NCBI GenBank assembly: GCA_963728405.1
Contig: CAVSJV010000007.1
Span: 192,001-256,000 of the forward strand
Direction: 5' to 3'
DNA length: 64,000 nucleotides
Source: Methanomassiliicoccaceae archaeon
GTDB taxonomy: Archaea; Thermoplasmatota; Thermoplasmata; Methanomassiliicoccales; Methanomassiliicoccaceae
The notes under the pieces were generated by a model. That model did no database searches, was not told where the DNA came from, and worked only from the letters and a program-made list of their open reading frames with translations. Positions 39,192-48,486 of the stretch are shown one piece after another; positions within the stretch are counted from its first letter, which is position 1; each line of letters starts with the position of its first letter. The position numbers and the translations under genes are program-made.

Positions 39192-40745
39192 ATGCCGCGT
39201 TCCAAGGTGCTGAGACCCGAGGTCCTGGTGATCGGCGGAGGAGCGACCGGAGCAGGTACAGCAAGGGACCTGGCCATGCGCGGTTGCGACGTACTGCTGG
39301 TGGAGAAGGGGGACTTCTCGACAGGAGCGTCGGGAGCGAACCACGGCATGCTCCATTCCGGGGCGCGGTATGCTGTCAGGGACCCCTCTTCGGCAAGGGA
39401 ATGCGCCGATGAGAACAGCGTCCTGAAGAAGATCGCCTCCTTCTGCATCGAGGATACGAGAGGATTGTTCGTCTCTCTACCCTTCGATGATCAAACATAT
39501 CTATCCCACTTCCTGACCTCCTGCGCGTCGGCAGGGGTAAAGGCGACCGAGATCGAGGCCGATGAGGCCCGTAGGCTGGAACCGAACCTGTCCTCCGACA
39601 TCACCGCGGCCGTGGACGTCCCGGACGCTTCCATCGACCCTTTCTTCCTGGTCTGGGGCAACATCGAGTCGGCCCGCTCGGCAGGAGCGACCGTTCTCAA
39701 TCACACCCCCGTCCACTCGTTCGAGGTACATAATGGTCGCATCGTCGGTGCGGTGATCGGGGACCGCAAGGAGAGAAGGACGATACGGCCGGAGATGATC
39801 ATCAACGCCAGCGGGGCGTGGTCCGGGCAGGTCGCATCCATGGCCGGCCTCCATATGGACATGCAGCTGGACAAGGGTTCGATGATCGTGTTCAACGGCC
39901 GCATGGTCAACCGATTGGTGAACCGTCTAAGGCCCCCCTCCGACGGGGATATCCTGGTGCCGCACCGCTCATCGACCATTCTCGGCACCACGTCCGGAAC
40001 GGGGGACCTCGGTGACATGAGGTCGACCCGAGGAGAGGTGGACATGCTTCTGGACGAGTTCAGGGCCCTCCTTCCTGGCATTGATGGGGCCAGGATGATC
40101 AGGGCCTACGCGGGGGTCCGGCCGTTACTGGCCGGCCACAAGTCCGGCCGGGAGGCCTCTCGGGGCTTCCAGATCATCGATCACGCCCCGGAGTTGGACA
40201 ACATGATCAGCGTGGTGGGCGGTAAATTGACCACCTACCGACTGATGGCCGAGAAGACCTCAGACCTGGTCATGGCCAAGCTGGGCCCGAAGGGCTCCTG
40301 TCGCACCAAGCTGGAGGAGCTGGTACCCCCCGGCGGCGACGCAGAGGGAAATTTCCAGGCTGCGGTGATGAAACGCAAGTACGGCGCCCTGACAGAGGAC
40401 CTGCTCACCCCCGTATCCGACAGGGGCAGGGAAGAGGCCTGCTCCTGCGAATCAGTATCCTACGCCGAGCTCGAGCACTTCGCCGCGTCCAGAGATGTGT
40501 GCGCTCCGGGAGACCTCATGAGGCGGACCCGGGCCGGAATGGGCTTCTGCCAGGCCGGGTTGTGCGCGCTCCGGATGGCATCGGTGCTGGACGGAGATCC
40601 CGTGGGTCAAGCAGAACAGTTCCTTAAGGAGCGGTGGAAAGGCATCGAGCCGGTGCTTCGTGGAGAGCAGCTCCGTCAGGAGGCGTTCAAAGCCCATCTA
40701 TTCCGGGTCTACGGGATCGATCATACCGTGGGAGGGCGGGAATGA
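39192..40745 (+). CDS. glpA: Anaerobic glycerol-3-phosphate dehydrogenase subunit A
   Basis: VIGGGATGAGTARDLAMRG, NHGMLHSGARY, RAYAGVRPL, GGKLTTYRLMAE; BFD-like CSCE...RRTRAGMGFCQAGLC. Confidence 0.92.
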   Translation: MPRSKVLRPEVLVIGGGATGAGTARDLAMRGCDVLLVEKGDFSTGASGANHGMLHSGARYAVRDPSSARECADENSVLKKIASFCIEDTRGLFVSLPFDDQTYLSHFLTSCASAGVKATEIEADEARRLEPNLSSDITAAVDVPDASIDPFFLVWGNIESARSAGATVLNHTPVHSFEVHNGRIVGAVIGDRKERRTIRPEMIINASGAWSGQVASMAGLHMDMQLDKGSMIVFNGRMVNRLVNRLRPPSDGDILVPHRSSTILGTTSGTGDLGDMRSTRGEVDMLLDEFRALLPGIDGARMIRAYAGVRPLLAGHKSGREASRGFQIIDHAPELDNMISVVGGKLTTYRLMAEKTSDLVMAKLGPKGSCRTKLEELVPPGGDAEGNFQAAVMKRKYGALTEDLLTPVSDRGREEACSCESVSYAELEHFAASRDVCAPGDLMRRTRAGMGFCQAGLCALRMASVLDGDPVGQAEQFLKERWKGIEPVLRGEQLRQEAFKAHLFRVYGIDHTVGGRE

Positions 40746-41872
40746 ACCGTGATCCTCGTTCGTGCGATATCCTGGTGGTGGGACGAGGCGCGGCGGGCTG
40801 CATCGTCTCACTGCGCCTGGCCGAGGCCGGTTCCGACGTGATCTTGGTGGGAAGGGAGACCACCGCCACAGCGCTCTCCACTGGCCGTATCGACCTGAGA
40901 GGAACGGAGAACGAGGCCCTGCTCTCCACTATGCTAAGGACATTAGGCGTCGACCACGGACTTTATCAGGCTCCGATGGGGGTGAAGCGCACAGTCACCA
41001 ACTGCGGCACAATCGCCTGCCAGAGCCTCAGCTCTGGTCATGACTGGTGCGATCCGTTCGAGGGAAGCATCGCCGTGCTGGGCCTGAAGGGCAACCCGGA
41101 CCTCGACCCCATCCTGGTCTGCTCCGCTTTGAAGAGGAGGATACCACACCTAAGATGCAAGCCGTACTGGACTGACCTTGGCCTTCCGTGCAGCATTCCA
41201 TCGGGGAAAGGGGCCAGCCTCAGCGAGGAGGCCATTGCGGCAGTGGACCTGGCCTCCCGCGTCCTGGGGGACCTGGGCGAGGACAGGATAGTTTTGCCGC
41301 CGCTGTTCGCGGGGCCGAACTATGAACGAGCCCTGTCGTCGTTGGAGCGGTCCAGCGGGCGAAGGGTCGTGGAGCCCACCACCCCGCTGTCCAATCCCGG
41401 CGGCCGATTGCAGGCTTGCCTGGAAGATGGAGCTGTCACGGCCGGGTGCGCCCTATGGAGGGAGAGGGAGCTCTGCGGCCTGGAGATCGAAGGGGGCCGG
41501 GTCACCAGGGTCACGCTAAGGTCCGGTCTTCGCGAGATCGCCGTTCGACCGAAGGCCGTTGTGATGGCCACAGGGAATCTTGTGGCGGGTGGCTTGGCGG
41601 TCGAGGGCGAGGGCCCGACCGATCCTATGGGACAGTTCGCGTTGGAGCAGGCTCCAGAAAAAGAATTGAGCTCTCTGCCTTTGACCAGGGCCCTGTCCGT
41701 CGGCATAAGGAACGCTGAAGGGAAGGCGGTCCTTTTAGATGGTACGGTGATGGATAATGTCCTAGTGGCCGGCTCGGCCGTTCCCGGCCTGTCCTATCCA
41801 TTGGGCAAAGGTCTGGGACAGGTCATCGCCGATGCCTGGGGCAAGGCCGCGAGGATGCTGGAGGCACTATGA
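40742..41872 (+). CDS. glpB: Anaerobic glycerol-3-phosphate dehydrogenase subunit B (divergent)
   Basis: DILVVG.GAAG, ATALSTG.ID, E.PTT.LS.PG.RLQ, MATG....GL, NV..AG, G.GLG; ATGA-coupled to glpA and glpC. Confidence 0.8.
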   Translation: MNRDPRSCDILVVGRGAAGCIVSLRLAEAGSDVILVGRETTATALSTGRIDLRGTENEALLSTMLRTLGVDHGLYQAPMGVKRTVTNCGTIACQSLSSGHDWCDPFEGSIAVLGLKGNPDLDPILVCSALKRRIPHLRCKPYWTDLGLPCSIPSGKGASLSEEAIAAVDLASRVLGDLGEDRIVLPPLFAGPNYERALSSLERSSGRRVVEPTTPLSNPGGRLQACLEDGAVTAGCALWRERELCGLEIEGGRVTRVTLRSGLREIAVRPKAVVMATGNLVAGGLAVEGEGPTDPMGQFALEQAPEKELSSLPLTRALSVGIRNAEGKAVLLDGTVMDNVLVAGSAVPGLSYPLGKGLGQVIADAWGKAARMLEAL

Positions 41873-42912
41873 CCGTCCGCACCATCGACGGATGCATCAA
41901 ATGCGGGGCCTGCGTCCGCGAATGTCCGGTCCTGCGCCAGGAAGGACGAGAACGATTTCCCGGTCCCCGCCGACTCGCCGTGGAAGCCCCCCGCTTCAAC
42001 GCCGAACTGGCCGCGCTGCGCGATCCCCCTTTCCTGTGCACCACCTGTGCGCGCTGCAGCTCGGTATGCCCTTCGAGCTTGCCGTTGCCGGAGGCCCTGG
42101 TCCGAGTCCGCGCGCTCCAATGGGAAGGAAGCCGGCCAGAGGGCCAGCGGAGGCTGTTGGAGAACGTCGACCGGACCCTTCGGACCGTCCTGCTAGAGCA
42201 GGAGGGAGCGGCCGCTCCGGAAGAGGGGGACCTGGCCTTCTTCCCCGGATGCATCGCTCACGGCCGGCTTCCGGAGGAGACGGCGGCGTCCCTGGCTCTG
42301 TTGAGGGCATCGGGGGCCCGCCCCTATGTCCCGAAGGGCTGGGCCTGCTGCGGCTCCCCGCTGGAGAAGATCGGGGAGCGGGGCCGCCTGGAACGGGTCA
42401 GACAGACGAACCTCGAACTGCTCTCAGAAGTGGACGAGGTGGTAACCTCCTGTCCGGGCTGCACCGTCCAGTTGCGCAACGCTTACCACAAGGATGCTTG
42501 GCACATCCTGGAGTACCTTCACCGGACCGGGCTGCCAGATCGGGCCTTTGCCCCCCGCACCCCCCCGGTGAAGGTGACGCTCCATCGCCCCTGCCATCTT
42601 TCGAGGGTGGTCGGGCCCCACACCATGGACATGGCGCGGGAGCTGCTGGAGATGGTGCCCGGGGTCACCGTGGTGGAGCATGAGGGAGAGGACGAATGCT
42701 GCGGTGGGGGTGGGGGCGTGGCCTCATCCCGTCCCGAGGTGTCCGTGCGCATGGCCGAACGTAAATTGCGCTCGGCCAGGCGGTCGGGAGCGGACCTCCT
42801 GCTCGCCCCTTGCCCGTTCTGCGTTCTCAACCTCCGGCGGGCTGGCGGGATGGAGGTCCAGGAGTTATCGGTTTTCTTAGCTGGAATGCTCTTCCGGAGG
42901 GCTAAGTCATAA
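41869..42912 (+). CDS. glpC: GlpC/HdrD-like Fe-S protein (2x4Fe-4S plus two CCG domains)
   Basis: CIKCGACVRECP, CTTCARCSSVCP; FPGC...CCG...CPGC; HRPC...CCG...CPFC. Confidence 0.85.
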   Translation: MTVRTIDGCIKCGACVRECPVLRQEGRERFPGPRRLAVEAPRFNAELAALRDPPFLCTTCARCSSVCPSSLPLPEALVRVRALQWEGSRPEGQRRLLENVDRTLRTVLLEQEGAAAPEEGDLAFFPGCIAHGRLPEETAASLALLRASGARPYVPKGWACCGSPLEKIGERGRLERVRQTNLELLSEVDEVVTSCPGCTVQLRNAYHKDAWHILEYLHRTGLPDRAFAPRTPPVKVTLHRPCHLSRVVGPHTMDMARELLEMVPGVTVVEHEGEDECCGGGGGVASSRPEVSVRMAERKLRSARRSGADLLLAPCPFCVLNLRRAGGMEVQELSVFLAGMLFRRAKS

Positions 42913-42937
42913 ATACGTACATCGCCTGTGCGGACCG

Positions 42938-43150
42938 TTGAACAAAGACCAGTATCTATGTTTTTCCTGCTTGTATGTGGACAAGCGGCCCGAGGCCGGA
43001 GTGAACGAGGGCCTTATCTACTGCCAGAAGAAAAAGCTGGTAGTGAGGCCCAAGCTCCAGTGCGACGTCTATGTCCGCGCCACCGCCCAGAACCGTGAGA
43101 GCTTCAAGGCATCCATCTACGGGACCATCGAAGCTGAAGAATTCGAGTGA
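42938..43150 (+). CDS. Small Cys4 protein (70 aa)
   Basis: CFSC...IYC...QC; TTG start about 25 nt after a TAAATA element; acidic tail. Confidence 0.65.
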   Translation: MNKDQYLCFSCLYVDKRPEAGVNEGLIYCQKKKLVVRPKLQCDVYVRATAQNRESFKASIYGTIEAEEFE

Positions 43151-43151
43151 T

Positions 43152-43832
43152 CTAGCGCCATTCCAATAGTGACGGTCCGCCTCCAGTGTGGACCTGTTTG
43201 ATCTCGAAGGGGATCCACTGCGACGAGGTGATGCAGCCCCGCATGTTGCGTATGCGCATGCGCCGGTTCAGCTCCTCATCGAACCGTAGCTCCAGCACAC
43301 CGTCGGCGATGGCCATCAAGTGATTCACGGTCCGTTCGTCATGCACGCCCTCGTGAACGGTGAAGAAGGCCGTCCCGAACTCGGTGCGTATGCGCGAGGA
43401 CGAGATCTGGAAGAACTTCAGCACAACGTTGGACTGATTATAGAGGAACAACGTTGAAAGGGAGTGGACCACGATCTTCACCGGCCGGGTGGTGCTGCTG
43501 GCCAGGGTGGAGATGTTGAACATGATGCCCTCCAGGTCGGAGACCTTCCTGATCTCGGTCCCCTGGCAGTTGGTGGAGTTATCGAACGAGCCCAGGAGCG
43601 AGGAATGGTAGTCGATGATGAACATGTTCCTGCCCAGCACCTCACGGTCCACGCCGAACGAGGTCATAATATCCAAGAGATCGGACGGCAGCAGGTCCAC
43701 GGTGACGAAGATGACCAGATTGTCCGACTCCATCCAGTCCTTGGCGATACTGACCGCGAACTCCAGCATACCGATGCCGGGGCTGCCGATCATCAGCATG
43801 GACGAATACTCGGGAAAGGTGGCCTTTATCAT
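43152..43832 (-). CDS. RAD55/KaiC-like single-domain protein with degenerate ATPase motifs
   Basis: LMIGSPGIGMLEF (no GKT), IVVHSLSTL, ADGVLEL, MRIRNMRG. Confidence 0.85.
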   Translation of the reverse strand: MIKATFPEYSSMLMIGSPGIGMLEFAVSIAKDWMESDNLVIFVTVDLLPSDLLDIMTSFGVDREVLGRNMFIIDYHSSLLGSFDNSTNCQGTEIRKVSDLEGIMFNISTLASSTTRPVKIVVHSLSTLFLYNQSNVVLKFFQISSSRIRTEFGTAFFTVHEGVHDERTVNHLMAIADGVLELRFDEELNRRMRIRNMRGCITSSQWIPFEIKQVHTGGGPSLLEWR

Positions 43833-43841
43833 ATGGGCACC

Positions 43842-45320
43842 TCAGAGTATTGGGGTGAGGGAGACATTGCTTCCTGCCTCCTTCTTCTCAAAATGAAGGG
43901 CATAGCACTCGGTGAACGGCTCCTCGCCGTACAGCAGAATGGTCCCTCCGATGCGGTCGATCCTCAGGCGGGTGGTGGCCAGATCGGCCAACCTGCTGGT
44001 GGATGAACTGGACGGCGGGGTCATGGCCACGAATATGCCGTTGTTCCTCCTCACCAGCGCGAGGAAGTCCATCAGTTGGTCGCAGATATCGCTGCCGTAC
44101 AGCGATTGCATGGTATCGAAACCCATCATCGACAGGATCGGCTTCTTGGACGAGTTGAGCGAGAACTCGATGTTCTGCCACTTGAAGTCGAAGAAGGCGT
44201 TCGCCCCTTCGATCGGCAGCACGAACGGATCGCCCACAGAGGTCATCTGGTCCGCTTTCTCCGGTATCCGGACCAGGCGGTCGAACTCCTGCTCCGGCAC
44301 GGCCTTGGTGATCCTGGACCGGGCACTGTCCGCCGACGCTTTCCTTAGCGGGACCCACAGTACTCCTCTTCCCAGGGCGATGAAGTTCGTGACCAGGGCC
44401 GATTCCAGGGCGGTGCTGACGGCGGTGGGGACGCCATGGCCCAGTTCGATGAGCGTGATGGAACCTCGCTCCAACCCTCCGTTGAGCGAAAGGTCCAGGT
44501 CCCGGATGCCGCAGGAGACCCGGTCGTTGATGTCATCGATGGGCTTCCACATGGTCTTCTGTATCTGGGATTCCAGCACCCGCTGATAGCCGAAGGTCTG
44601 GATCCTCCCTCCGTCCAGGGTAAATATGTATTTAGGCTGCTGGATCTCGCATCCTCTTAACTTTAGGATCTCAAGCTCGCGCAGCCGGCGGCGATTGTAC
44701 TCGGTGCAGGAGAAGTTGATGACCCCGTCCCCGAGGTAGTCGAGGTCCATGTTGCTGTTCTCAAGTACGAACAGCACGTTGGAGCCGTAGCCCTCCACGA
44801 TGTCGTACTGGATGGTGGATAGTAATCTTGAGCAGGTTAGATTGTACTTCTCGGCAAGGGCGTCGATGGAATCGATCACGACCAAGCTCTTGTCCGGGAG
44901 GTTCTTCTCGATGCCTCTGTAAAGGCCTTCCAGCTCTCCTAGGTCTTTCCCAATGGAGATGGCCAGCTCGCCCCCTTTGGCAAACTCCAGAGGGGCGTTC
45001 TTTATGCCCTTGAGATTGCTGAGTCCGATACGGCGGACGGCTGGACCCTTGTTCTGGTGAAGGTCGGAAAAACTGTCGGAACGTTCGATGCTGTCCATCT
45101 TATCCTTGAGCCAGTCGAACTGGGTCAGCAGGGACATGTCCGATACTCGGGTGGAATGATAGAAGCTCTTCTCGATCGCCGAGAGCTCCTCGATGGTCTG
45201 CAGGGCGAACGTGGTCTTGCCGGTACCGGCGTTCCCCCGCACGATCAGGGAATGCCCGCCCGGATTGGTGAAGAACTGGTAGACCTCGGTCGGTATCTTT
45301 ATCTTAGGTTCCTTCTCCAT
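43842..45320 (-). CDS. GvpD-like/KaiC-like double RecA-fold ATPase
   Basis: GHSLIVRGNAGTGKTTF, VIDSIDAL, LDYLGDGVI, LEILKLRG; second domain SCGIRDLD..L.GG with degenerate P-loop. Start at MEKEPK (45320). Confidence 0.88.
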   Translation of the reverse strand: MEKEPKIKIPTEVYQFFTNPGGHSLIVRGNAGTGKTTFALQTIEELSAIEKSFYHSTRVSDMSLLTQFDWLKDKMDSIERSDSFSDLHQNKGPAVRRIGLSNLKGIKNAPLEFAKGGELAISIGKDLGELEGLYRGIEKNLPDKSLVVIDSIDALAEKYNLTCSRLLSTIQYDIVEGYGSNVLFVLENSNMDLDYLGDGVINFSCTEYNRRRLRELEILKLRGCEIQQPKYIFTLDGGRIQTFGYQRVLESQIQKTMWKPIDDINDRVSCGIRDLDLSLNGGLERGSITLIELGHGVPTAVSTALESALVTNFIALGRGVLWVPLRKASADSARSRITKAVPEQEFDRLVRIPEKADQMTSVGDPFVLPIEGANAFFDFKWQNIEFSLNSSKKPILSMMGFDTMQSLYGSDICDQLMDFLALVRRNNGIFVAMTPPSSSSTSRLADLATTRLRIDRIGGTILLYGEEPFTECYALHFEKKEAGSNVSLTPIL

Positions 45321-45500
45321 TAGATGGCCTCCCCGAATATCATCGAGACGATGGATAAAAATCCGATAGGGCTGGTTTATATCTTTGCCGCAGATTACGA
45401 TTAGTGATAACAGGAATGGGGCTGGCATAGAGATGTCTGGATGAAACCGGGACAAAAAGGTTATGAGGGACTAGTTAAATCGAGTATTGGAGGAAGCAGG

Positions 45501-46694
45501 TTGAAGGCGGTAGTGCTTGCGGCGGGAGAGGGGACCAGGTTACGCCCTTTTACGATGTCAAAGCCCAAGGGCATGATACCGGTGGGCAACCGGCCGATCC
45601 TCGAGTATATCGTGGAGGCCCTTGTTCAGAACGGGGTCAAGGACATCATAATGGTGGTCGGTTATCACAAGGACACCATACTTTCACAATTCGAGGACGG
45701 GCGCCGTTACGGCGCCCGCATCCAATATGTCACCCAGGACAAGCAGTTGGGAACTGCTCACGCCCTTAGCCTGGCGTCCAAGTACCTGGACGAGGAAGGA
45801 TTCGTGACCGTGGCAGGGGACAACCTTATCGATGCTCAGCTGATCGCTGATCTCCTGGAAAAGAAGGAAGGTCCCTCCCTGGTGGTGACCGAGAGTGAGA
45901 TACCATCCAAGTACGGCGTGGTTAAGATCGAGAACGGTAAGATATTGGACATCGTGGAGAAGCCGGACTGGAAGATGGGAAACATCATCAACACCGGGGT
46001 CTACTACTTCACCAGTGATCTCATGCGGTTCTTCAAGGACCAGGTGTTCAAGGCCGAGAGAGGCATCACCCAGACCCTCGCCCCGATCATTCGCAAGCTG
46101 GACTTCACGGCCGTACAGACCCGGGGAAAATGGATCGATGCAGTTTATCCCTGGGACCTCCTGGGAGTGAATGCGGCGGCTTTGGAGTTCCAGGGACAGG
46201 GCATCAACGGTACGGTCGAGAACGGGGTCACCATCAAGGGACCGGTGTCCATCGGGGCCGGTACTCGGATACGGTCGGGCTGCTATATCGAAGGGCCGGT
46301 GAGCATCGGAGAGGGCTGCGATATCGGACCTTACGTGACCATTCTCCCTTCTACCAGCATCGGTAACGGCGTTCAAGTGGAACCCTTCACCTATGTGGCC
46401 AACTGCCTGGTGATGAGCAGTGTGCGGATCGGTTCGCATTCTCATCTTTCTCACTCGGTCATCGATGACGGTGTGAAGACCAAGGCGGGGACCTTTGCCC
46501 CCTCGGGATGTTGCTATGCTCGGGTGGACCGGGAGCTGTTCAAGCTCTCCGATATCGGTGCGCTCATCGGGGCCGACACGACGATAGGCTCCCGAGTGGT
46601 CATAGCCTCGGGCTCCGTCATCGGCACAGGATGCCGCATCGAGGACGGCGTGAAGGTAAGCGGAAATCTGGACAATCGGAGCGTCGTGGTCTGA
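45501..46694 (+). CDS. glmU: Archaeal bifunctional sugar-1-phosphate nucleotidyltransferase/acetyltransferase (GlmU-like)
   Basis: LAAGEGTRLRP, PK, Q..QLGTAHA, IVEKP, YPWDLL, hexapeptide repeats; TTG start after GGAGG; coupled to glmS. Confidence 0.9.
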   Translation: MKAVVLAAGEGTRLRPFTMSKPKGMIPVGNRPILEYIVEALVQNGVKDIIMVVGYHKDTILSQFEDGRRYGARIQYVTQDKQLGTAHALSLASKYLDEEGFVTVAGDNLIDAQLIADLLEKKEGPSLVVTESEIPSKYGVVKIENGKILDIVEKPDWKMGNIINTGVYYFTSDLMRFFKDQVFKAERGITQTLAPIIRKLDFTAVQTRGKWIDAVYPWDLLGVNAAALEFQGQGINGTVENGVTIKGPVSIGAGTRIRSGCYIEGPVSIGEGCDIGPYVTILPSTSIGNGVQVEPFTYVANCLVMSSVRIGSHSHLSHSVIDDGVKTKAGTFAPSGCCYARVDRELFKLSDIGALIGADTTIGSRVVIASGSVIGTGCRIEDGVKVSGNLDNRSVVV

Positions 46695-46695
46695 G

Positions 46696-48486
46696 ATGTG
46701 CGGGATCATAGGGTATGCGGGCCCCCGGAACGCGGAGGAAGTGCTCCTCGATGGACTAAAAAGGCTGGAGTACAGAGGCTATGACTCAGCGGGCATCGCC
46801 ATAGCGGGCAGCAAGCTGGAGATATTCAAGGACAAAGGCGAGATATCCAAGATGGCTGCCACTATGCCCAGCTTGCGAGGGCACCTCGGGGTCGGCCACA
46901 CCAGGTGGGCGACCTGCGGAAAACCTTCCAAGCTGAACGCCCATCCCTTCCTCGATTGCACCGGTAAGATGGCGGTGGTGCACAACGGCATCATAGAGAA
47001 TTACCTGGCCTTGAGGAAGAAGCTCAAGGACGAGGGCCACGTGTTCACCTCCGAGACGGACACCGAAGTGCTGGTCCACCTGCTCGAGAAGCATTACCGG
47101 GGCGATCTGCATGCCGCGCTGGTCGAGACGCTGAAGGAGATCAAGGGAACCTACGCGGTGGTGGCCATCCGGGCCGACCGCAATGAACTGGTCGCCGCGC
47201 GGAAAGAGAACCCCCTGGTGGTCGGACTGGGCGTCGGAGAGAATATCATCGCCTCCGATGTCACGGCCATGCTCAACTACACCAACAAGGCCGTCTACAT
47301 AATGGACGGCGAGACCGTGGTTCTCGGCTCCGGCAAGGTCTCCATATATGATCGGCAAGGCGCGGAGGTCCGCCGGGAGCCGTCTATGATCACATGGACG
47401 GTGGAGGACGCTCAGAAGGGCGGGTTCGAGCATTACATGCTCAAGGAGATATTCGAGCAGCCGACCGCTATCCATAACTCCCTCCTGGGTAGCCTGGATG
47501 AGCTGGAATCAGGTAACTTGATGATCGATCAGGACGTCTCATCGGTAAAGTTGGTAGCCTGCGGGACTTCCTATCATGCGTCGATGGTGGGCAAGTACAT
47601 CATCGAGCAACTGGCCAAGGTCCCCACCACCGTGGAGCTGGCATCAGAGTACCGCTATTCGCCAGGCACTGGAGAGAACCCCCTGACCGTCCTGCTGACT
47701 CAGTCTGGAGAGACGGCCGACACCCTGGCCGCGGCCAGAGAGGCCCGCCGCAGGGGCTGCCGCACCCTGGCCGTCACCAACGTGGTCGGAAGCACCATCG
47801 CCCGCGAGGTCGACAGCGTGTTCTACACCAAGGCAGGCCCTGAGATCGGGGTCGCGGCCACCAAGACCTATACGACCCAGCTGATCTCCATGTATCTCTT
47901 GGGTATTCGCCTGGGACAGCTGCGTCACAAGATGGCCCGCGATGAGGTCCGGGAGCTGGCCTCCGAGCTCAGAGGCATGCCCCGCTACATCCGGAAGGTG
48001 CTGGACCTTGCCCATGAGGTGGATGCGGCCGCCGACATGCTCGTCCCTGCCAGGGATGTGTTCTTCCTCGGTCGGAACATCAACTATCCCACCATGTTGG
48101 AGGGCGCCCTCAAGCTCAAGGAGATATCCTACATTCACGCCGAAGGCTATGCCGCCGGCGAGCTGAAGCACGGCCCCCTGGCGTTACTGGACGCGTCCAC
48201 CCCAGTGGTGGCGGCGTGCGTTCGGGACCACACCTACGAGAAGATGCTGGCCAACATATCAGAGGTCGCCGCCCGGGACAGCCCCATACTTGGCATCGGG
48301 ATCGAGGGCGACACCGAGCTGGCGGCGGTGGCCGATTCAACGGTCTTCATCCCCAAGGTCTTTCCCATCCTTTCCCCGGTACCTCTGACGGTCATGGTGC
48401 AGCTGATCGCCTACTACACGGCCAAGAAGAGAGGATGCCCCATCGACAAGCCCCGGAACCTGGCCAAGAGCGTCACCGTCGATTAA
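46696..48486 (+). CDS. glmS: Glutamine--fructose-6-phosphate aminotransferase
   Basis: MCGIIG, LEYRGYDSAG, GHTRWAT, HNGIIEN, QSGETADT, ELKHGP, DKPRNLAKSVTV. Confidence 0.97.
   Translation: MCGIIGYAGPRNAEEVLLDGLKRLEYRGYDSAGIAIAGSKLEIFKDKGEISKMAATMPSLRGHLGVGHTRWATCGKPSKLNAHPFLDCTGKMAVVHNGIIENYLALRKKLKDEGHVFTSETDTEVLVHLLEKHYRGDLHAALVETLKEIKGTYAVVAIRADRNELVAARKENPLVVGLGVGENIIASDVTAMLNYTNKAVYIMDGETVVLGSGKVSIYDRQGAEVRREPSMITWTVEDAQKGGFEHYMLKEIFEQPTAIHNSLLGSLDELESGNLMIDQDVSSVKLVACGTSYHASMVGKYIIEQLAKVPTTVELASEYRYSPGTGENPLTVLLTQSGETADTLAAAREARRRGCRTLAVTNVVGSTIAREVDSVFYTKAGPEIGVAATKTYTTQLISMYLLGIRLGQLRHKMARDEVRELASELRGMPRYIRKVLDLAHEVDAAADMLVPARDVFFLGRNINYPTMLEGALKLKEISYIHAEGYAAGELKHGPLALLDASTPVVAACVRDHTYEKMLANISEVAARDSPILGIGIEGDTELAAVADSTVFIPKVFPILSPVPLTVMVQLIAYYTAKKRGCPIDKPRNLAKSVTVD

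Noticed and set aside
43842-45320. Gas vesicle or circadian clock cluster
   Set aside because: No gvpA/J/N or kaiA/kaiB in the window; the similarity is limited to the P-loop family.
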